Assembly: GCF_034111225.1 (NCBI RefSeq)
Contig: NZ_JAWUXR010000014.1
Location: 10,102-74,101 of the forward strand
Direction: 5' to 3'
From: Flavobacterium sp.
GTDB taxonomy: Bacteria > Bacteroidota > Bacteroidia > Flavobacteriales > Flavobacteriaceae
DNA length: 64,000 nucleotides
The notes below the pieces were generated by a model. That model made no database searches, was not told the DNA's origin, and worked only from the letters and a program-made list of their open reading frames with translations. The translations under genes and the position numbers were made by a program. Below are positions 60,700 through 64,000 of this stretch, one piece after another. The number at the start of each line of letters is the position of its first letter. The first letter of the stretch is position 1.

Positions 60700-61704
60700 A
60701 TGAGTTCAGAAAAAGACGCTAAATTAAAAGCATTACAACTTACATTAGATAAGCTTGATAAAACTTATGGTAAAGGAACCGTAATGAAATTAGGAGATTC
60801 AGCTGTTGAAGAAATAGAAACAATTTCTTCTGGTTCGCTTGGAATTGACATTGCTTTAGGTGTAAATGGATATCCAAGAGGTAGAATTATTGAGGTATAT
60901 GGTCCAGAATCTTCTGGAAAAACAACGTTAACATTACATGCTATTGCAGAAGCTCAAAAAGCTGGCGGAATTGCTGCTTTTATTGATGCGGAACATGCTT
61001 TTGATCGTTTTTATGCTCAAAAATTAGGTGTTGATATTGATAATTTAATCATGTCTCAACCAGATAATGGTGAGCAAGCATTAGAAATAGCAGAAAACTT
61101 AATTCGTTCAGGAGCTATTGATATTGTTGTAATTGACTCGGTTGCTGCTTTGACGCCAAAGAGTGAAATTGAAGGAGACATGGGAGATTCTAAAATGGGT
61201 TTACATGCTCGTTTAATGTCTCAAGCATTAAGAAAATTAACTGGGACTATTCATAAAACGAAATGTACAGTTTTCTTCATTAATCAATTACGTGATAAAA
61301 TTGGAGTAATGTTTGGAAGTCCAGAAACAACAACTGGAGGTAACGCTTTGAAATTTTACGCATCTGTTAGAGTTGATATTAGAAGATCTACTCAAATTAA
61401 AGACGGCGATAGCGTTATTGGAAATAGAACCAGAGTTAAAATTGTAAAAAACAAAGTTGCACCGCCATTTAGAACAGCAGAGTTTGACATTATGTATGGT
61501 GAAGGAATTTCTAAAGTAGGAGAGGTTTTAGATTTAGCTGTAGAATTTGAAATTGTTAAGAAAAGCGGTTCTTGGTTCAGTTACGGAGAAACAAAACTTG
61601 GACAAGGACGAGACGCTGTTAAAGCTTTGATTAAAGATAATCCAGAACTAATGGATGAATTAGAGTTGAAAATTAAAGAATTATTAAAAGAGAAAAATAG
61701 TTAA
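60700..61704 (+). CDS. recA: recombinase RecA
   Basis: [34 protein letters not shown]. Confidence 0.99.
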   Translation: MSSEKDAKLKALQLTLDKLDKTYGKGTVMKLGDSAVEEIETISSGSLGIDIALGVNGYPRGRIIEVYGPESSGKTTLTLHAIAEAQKAGGIAAFIDAEHAFDRFYAQKLGVDIDNLIMSQPDNGEQALEIAENLIRSGAIDIVVIDSVAALTPKSEIEGDMGDSKMGLHARLMSQALRKLTGTIHKTKCTVFFINQLRDKIGVMFGSPETTTGGNALKFYASVRVDIRRSTQIKDGDSVIGNRTRVKIVKNKVAPPFRTAEFDIMYGEGISKVGEVLDLAVEFEIVKKSGSWFSYGETKLGQGRDAVKALIKDNPELMDELELKIKELLKEKNS

Positions 61705-61708
61705 ATAT

Positions 61709-61738
61709 AAAAATCACGTTGAAAAGCGTGATTTTTTG
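61709..61738 (+). terminator. terminator after recA
   Basis: AAAAATCACGTT-GAAA-AGCGTGATTTTT followed by T. Confidence 0.85.
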
Positions 61739-61747
61739 TTTTTAAAC

Positions 61748-61774
61748 GCAACCTTTTAAATGGTTTTGCATCTA
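61748..61774 (+). promoter_or_regulatory. putative ECF-type promoter
   Basis: GCAACC ... CATCTA with 16 nt between AAC and CAT, upstream of the ECF operon. Confidence 0.45.
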
Positions 61775-61797
61775 ATAAGTATAATATAAACTTAAGC

Positions 61798-62208
61798 ATG
61801 AAAAAATTTTCCGTTTTATTAATGTTTTTTTCGTTATTTTTAGTTTCATGTAACTTGGATGACGAACCTCGTTCTGTAGAAGTTACTCTGCCTATAGAAT
61901 CAGTAATAATTCCTCAAATAATGGAATTAAACATAGAACATGAAATATTAATTAAATATAGAAGACCAACAACGTGTCATTTGTATGATGGTTTTTATTA
62001 TCAAGCAGATGGATTGACGCGTATTTTGGCTATAAATGCAATAAAATTAAACGAAAATAACTGTCAAAATGCGGAGGATGAAGGCCCTTACGAGGTGATT
62101 TTTAGGTTTAAGCCAACCGAATTAGAAATTTATCATTTTAAATTTTGGACAGGAACGAATATAGATGGAGTTGAAGAATATTTAGAATATGATGTAGAAG
62201 TAAATTAA
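61798..62208 (+). CDS. hypothetical lipoprotein
   Basis: Lipobox LVSC followed by NLDDE; 10 nt upstream of the ECF gene. Confidence 0.75.
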   Translation: MKKFSVLLMFFSLFLVSCNLDDEPRSVEVTLPIESVIIPQIMELNIEHEILIKYRRPTTCHLYDGFYYQADGLTRILAINAIKLNENNCQNAEDEGPYEVIFRFKPTELEIYHFKFWTGTNIDGVEEYLEYDVEVN

Positions 62209-62218
62209 CAAAAAAGGA

Positions 62219-62761
62219 TTGATACTTGAACAAATCATAAATGATTGTAAGAAAGGAAATACTAATGCACAGGAGCAAATTTATAAGACGTTAAGTCCGA
62301 AAATTTTTTCAGTATGCCTTAAGTATTCGAGAAGTTATGAAGAAGCTCAAGATAATTTACAAGAAGGATTCTTATTGATTTTTGAAAAAATTGACAAATA
62401 CAATTTTAAAGGTTCTTTTGAAGGATGGTGTAAAAGGGTTGTTATAAATTACGTATTACAACAATATAGAAATCAAAATGTTTTTGAGATAGTTTCTGAA
62501 AACATTCCTGATAATAATGATATTGAAATTGACGACGAGAATGTTTCGTTAGATTTTTTAACAAGGATAATACAAGAATTGCCCGATAGGTATAGGTTAG
62601 TTTTTAATTTATATGTTTTAGATGGGTATTCACATAAAGAGATTTCAGAAATGTTAAACATTAACTCTGGAACATCTAAATCAAATTTAGCGAGAGCTAA
62701 AACGATATTGAAAGAAAAAATAGAGTTGAATTCGAAGATGTCAATTCCAAAAGTAAAATGA
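62219..62761 (+). CDS. ECF RNA polymerase sigma factor
   Basis: AQDNLQEGF, SFEGWCKRVVIN, VFNLYVLDGYSHKEI, GTSKSNLARAK; TTG start. Confidence 0.95.
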   Translation: MILEQIINDCKKGNTNAQEQIYKTLSPKIFSVCLKYSRSYEEAQDNLQEGFLLIFEKIDKYNFKGSFEGWCKRVVINYVLQQYRNQNVFEIVSENIPDNNDIEIDDENVSLDFLTRIIQELPDRYRLVFNLYVLDGYSHKEISEMLNINSGTSKSNLARAKTILKEKIELNSKMSIPKVK

Positions 62762-64000
62762 AAGAAATTAAAAGCATAGAACGTCTTTTTCAAGAGAAGT
62801 TTAAAGATTTTGAAGCAACACCTCCTTTAGAATCCTGGAACAATATTGAAGCACGTTTAAATAAAAAAGAAAAGAAAAGAAGGATTATTCCATTTTGGTT
62901 TAAATCAACAGGAATTGCTGCTTCTTTAGCAATAGCCTTTTTTCTTTTAATGAATAAAGGAAGTGATTCTAATTTGATAAAGAATGACTCAAAGATTATA
63001 AATAGTAATCCTGTGTCAAATGTAGAGGTTGAGCCTGAAAACAATACTTTTCAAACTAAATCAAATGAAGAAAACACAATTAAGAATGATAATCTATTAG
63101 ATGAAGAGTTATTTTTAAATGATGATGAAGATCTTGTTTTAGAAAATAATATTATTAATCAAAATGATAAATCTACTCAAAATAGTATTAATAATAAAAA
63201 CAACAGCTTTAACAAAAGAGTAGTTTCAATTAAAAAACAAAAAACAAATAAACCTTCTGTCAACAGCAATGAGAGATTTAACAATCAAGGTTTAGCAGTT
63301 AAGAATAAGACTCAAAATAAGACAAATAGTAAGAACGGAAAAAATTTGTTAGTTGACCAAGACACTAATCAAGGTTTAGCGGTTAATAATAAGACTCAAA
63401 ATAAATCAAATAGTAAAAACGTAAAAGAGTTGTTAGTTGACCAAGATATTAATCAAGGTTTAGTAACTAATAACAATTTGAATATTGACAATAGTAAAGA
63501 ATTATTTACTAATCAAAACAGTAACTCTTCTATAGGTAATCACTTGGTTTTAAATGATACAGAAGAAAAAAAGGCATTAATTGATAAGTCTAAACTAGAG
63601 TTGTTAAATTCAAATAATGGTCTTAATAATGAGGTTGTTATTTCTGAGAATTCTTCAGGTATAAAAAAAACAGATACTCTATTAATAGAGAATGAAAATA
63701 TAATCGCGAATGCGATTGAAGACAGTATCCTTTTGGCCTCGGTTGAAACTGAGGAAAACCCATTGGAGAAATTGCTTAAAGAAAAATTGGAAGGGAAGAA
63801 TGTTGATGAAAAAGAAAAAGAGAAAAGAAATAAATGGGCGGTAAGCACTGTTGCTTCGCCTGTTTATTTTAATTCTGTATCCAATGGTTCTTCGTTAGAT
63901 TCTAAGCTTGAAAATAACACTAAAGATTATGTAAGTAGTTTAAGTTTTGGTGTGGGCCTTGAATATGCAGTTTCAAAAAAATGGAGCATTAAAGCCGGAA
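62758..64000 (+). CDS. putative anti-sigma factor with TM helix, long disordered linker and start of an outer-membrane beta-barrel (3' partial)
   Basis: Hand-translated, open for 414 codons to the window end; ATGA overlap with the sigma stop; MKEIKSIERLFQEKFKDFEATPP; barrel-like strands from about residue 360. Confidence 0.85.
   Translation, partial: MKEIKSIERLFQEKFKDFEATPPLESWNNIEARLNKKEKKRRIIPFWFKSTGIAASLAIAFFLLMNKGSDSNLIKNDSKIINSNPVSNVEVEPENNTFQTKSNEENTIKNDNLLDEELFLNDDEDLVLENNIINQNDKSTQNSINNKNNSFNKRVVSIKKQKTNKPSVNSNERFNNQGLAVKNKTQNKTNSKNGKNLLVDQDTNQGLAVNNKTQNKSNSKNVKELLVDQDINQGLVTNNNLNIDNSKELFTNQNSNSSIGNHLVLNDTEEKKALIDKSKLELLNSNNGLNNEVVISENSSGIKKTDTLLIENENIIANAIEDSILLASVETEENPLEKLLKEKLEGKNVDEKEKEKRNKWAVSTVASPVYFNSVSNGSSLDSKLENNTKDYVSSLSFGVGLEYAVSKKWSIKAG
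63283..63473 (+). repeat. 84-bp (28-aa) in-frame tandem repeat, two full units plus a partial third
   Basis: AATCAAGGTTTAG starts at 63283, 63367 and 63451. Confidence 0.9.

Noticed and set aside
63283-63473. 84-bp repeat as a CRISPR array
   Set aside because: Units are contiguous and in frame within a CDS, with no unique spacers and no cas genes
62473-63848. Minus-strand ORFs at 62473, 62790 and 63540
   Set aside because: Antisense to the ECF gene and the long + strand ORF starting at 62758
1-64000. tRNA, rRNA, riboswitch or IS elements
   Set aside because: Intergenic regions are short and AT-rich; no such signatures seen by eye (tRNAscan/Infernal not run)

Overview
AT-rich chromosomal window of a Flavobacterium-like (Flavobacteriaceae, Bacteroidota) genome, inferred from gldH, T9SS C-terminal domains and many TAnnTTTG -7 promoter motifs. 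No rRNA, tRNA, CRISPR array, transposase or integrase was seen. 1-25.3 kb is a surface-glycan region in alternating orientations: DUF6909-like gene, wzz-like gene, rfbBACD, a PagL-like deacylase, a gmd/colC/colD GDP-colitose module with wzx, a divergent wzy-like gene, a 2OG-Fe(II) oxygenase, and a GT/ligase/UDP-xylose synthase/wcaJ block. The rest is mostly housekeeping (purD, upp, ogt, class I fumarase, scoAB, PBP1A, gldH, ricT, trhO, recA) plus two T9SS proteases and accessory inserts. Most notable: (1) an ECF sigma followed by an ORF absent from the ORF track (62758 to window end) with the architecture of a dual-membrane-spanning anti-sigma factor and an 84-bp tandem repeat in its tether; (2) a chromosomal tail-fibre/S74-like secreted protein divergent from a membrane-anchored AraC regulator; (3) a lipoprotein gene between the fumarase 3' end and a diverged second copy of that 3' end; (4) a colitose pathway; (5) a two-component system with four TTAACA-like boxes before a DUF1573 gene. 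Family assignments come from recognised motifs, not database searches.
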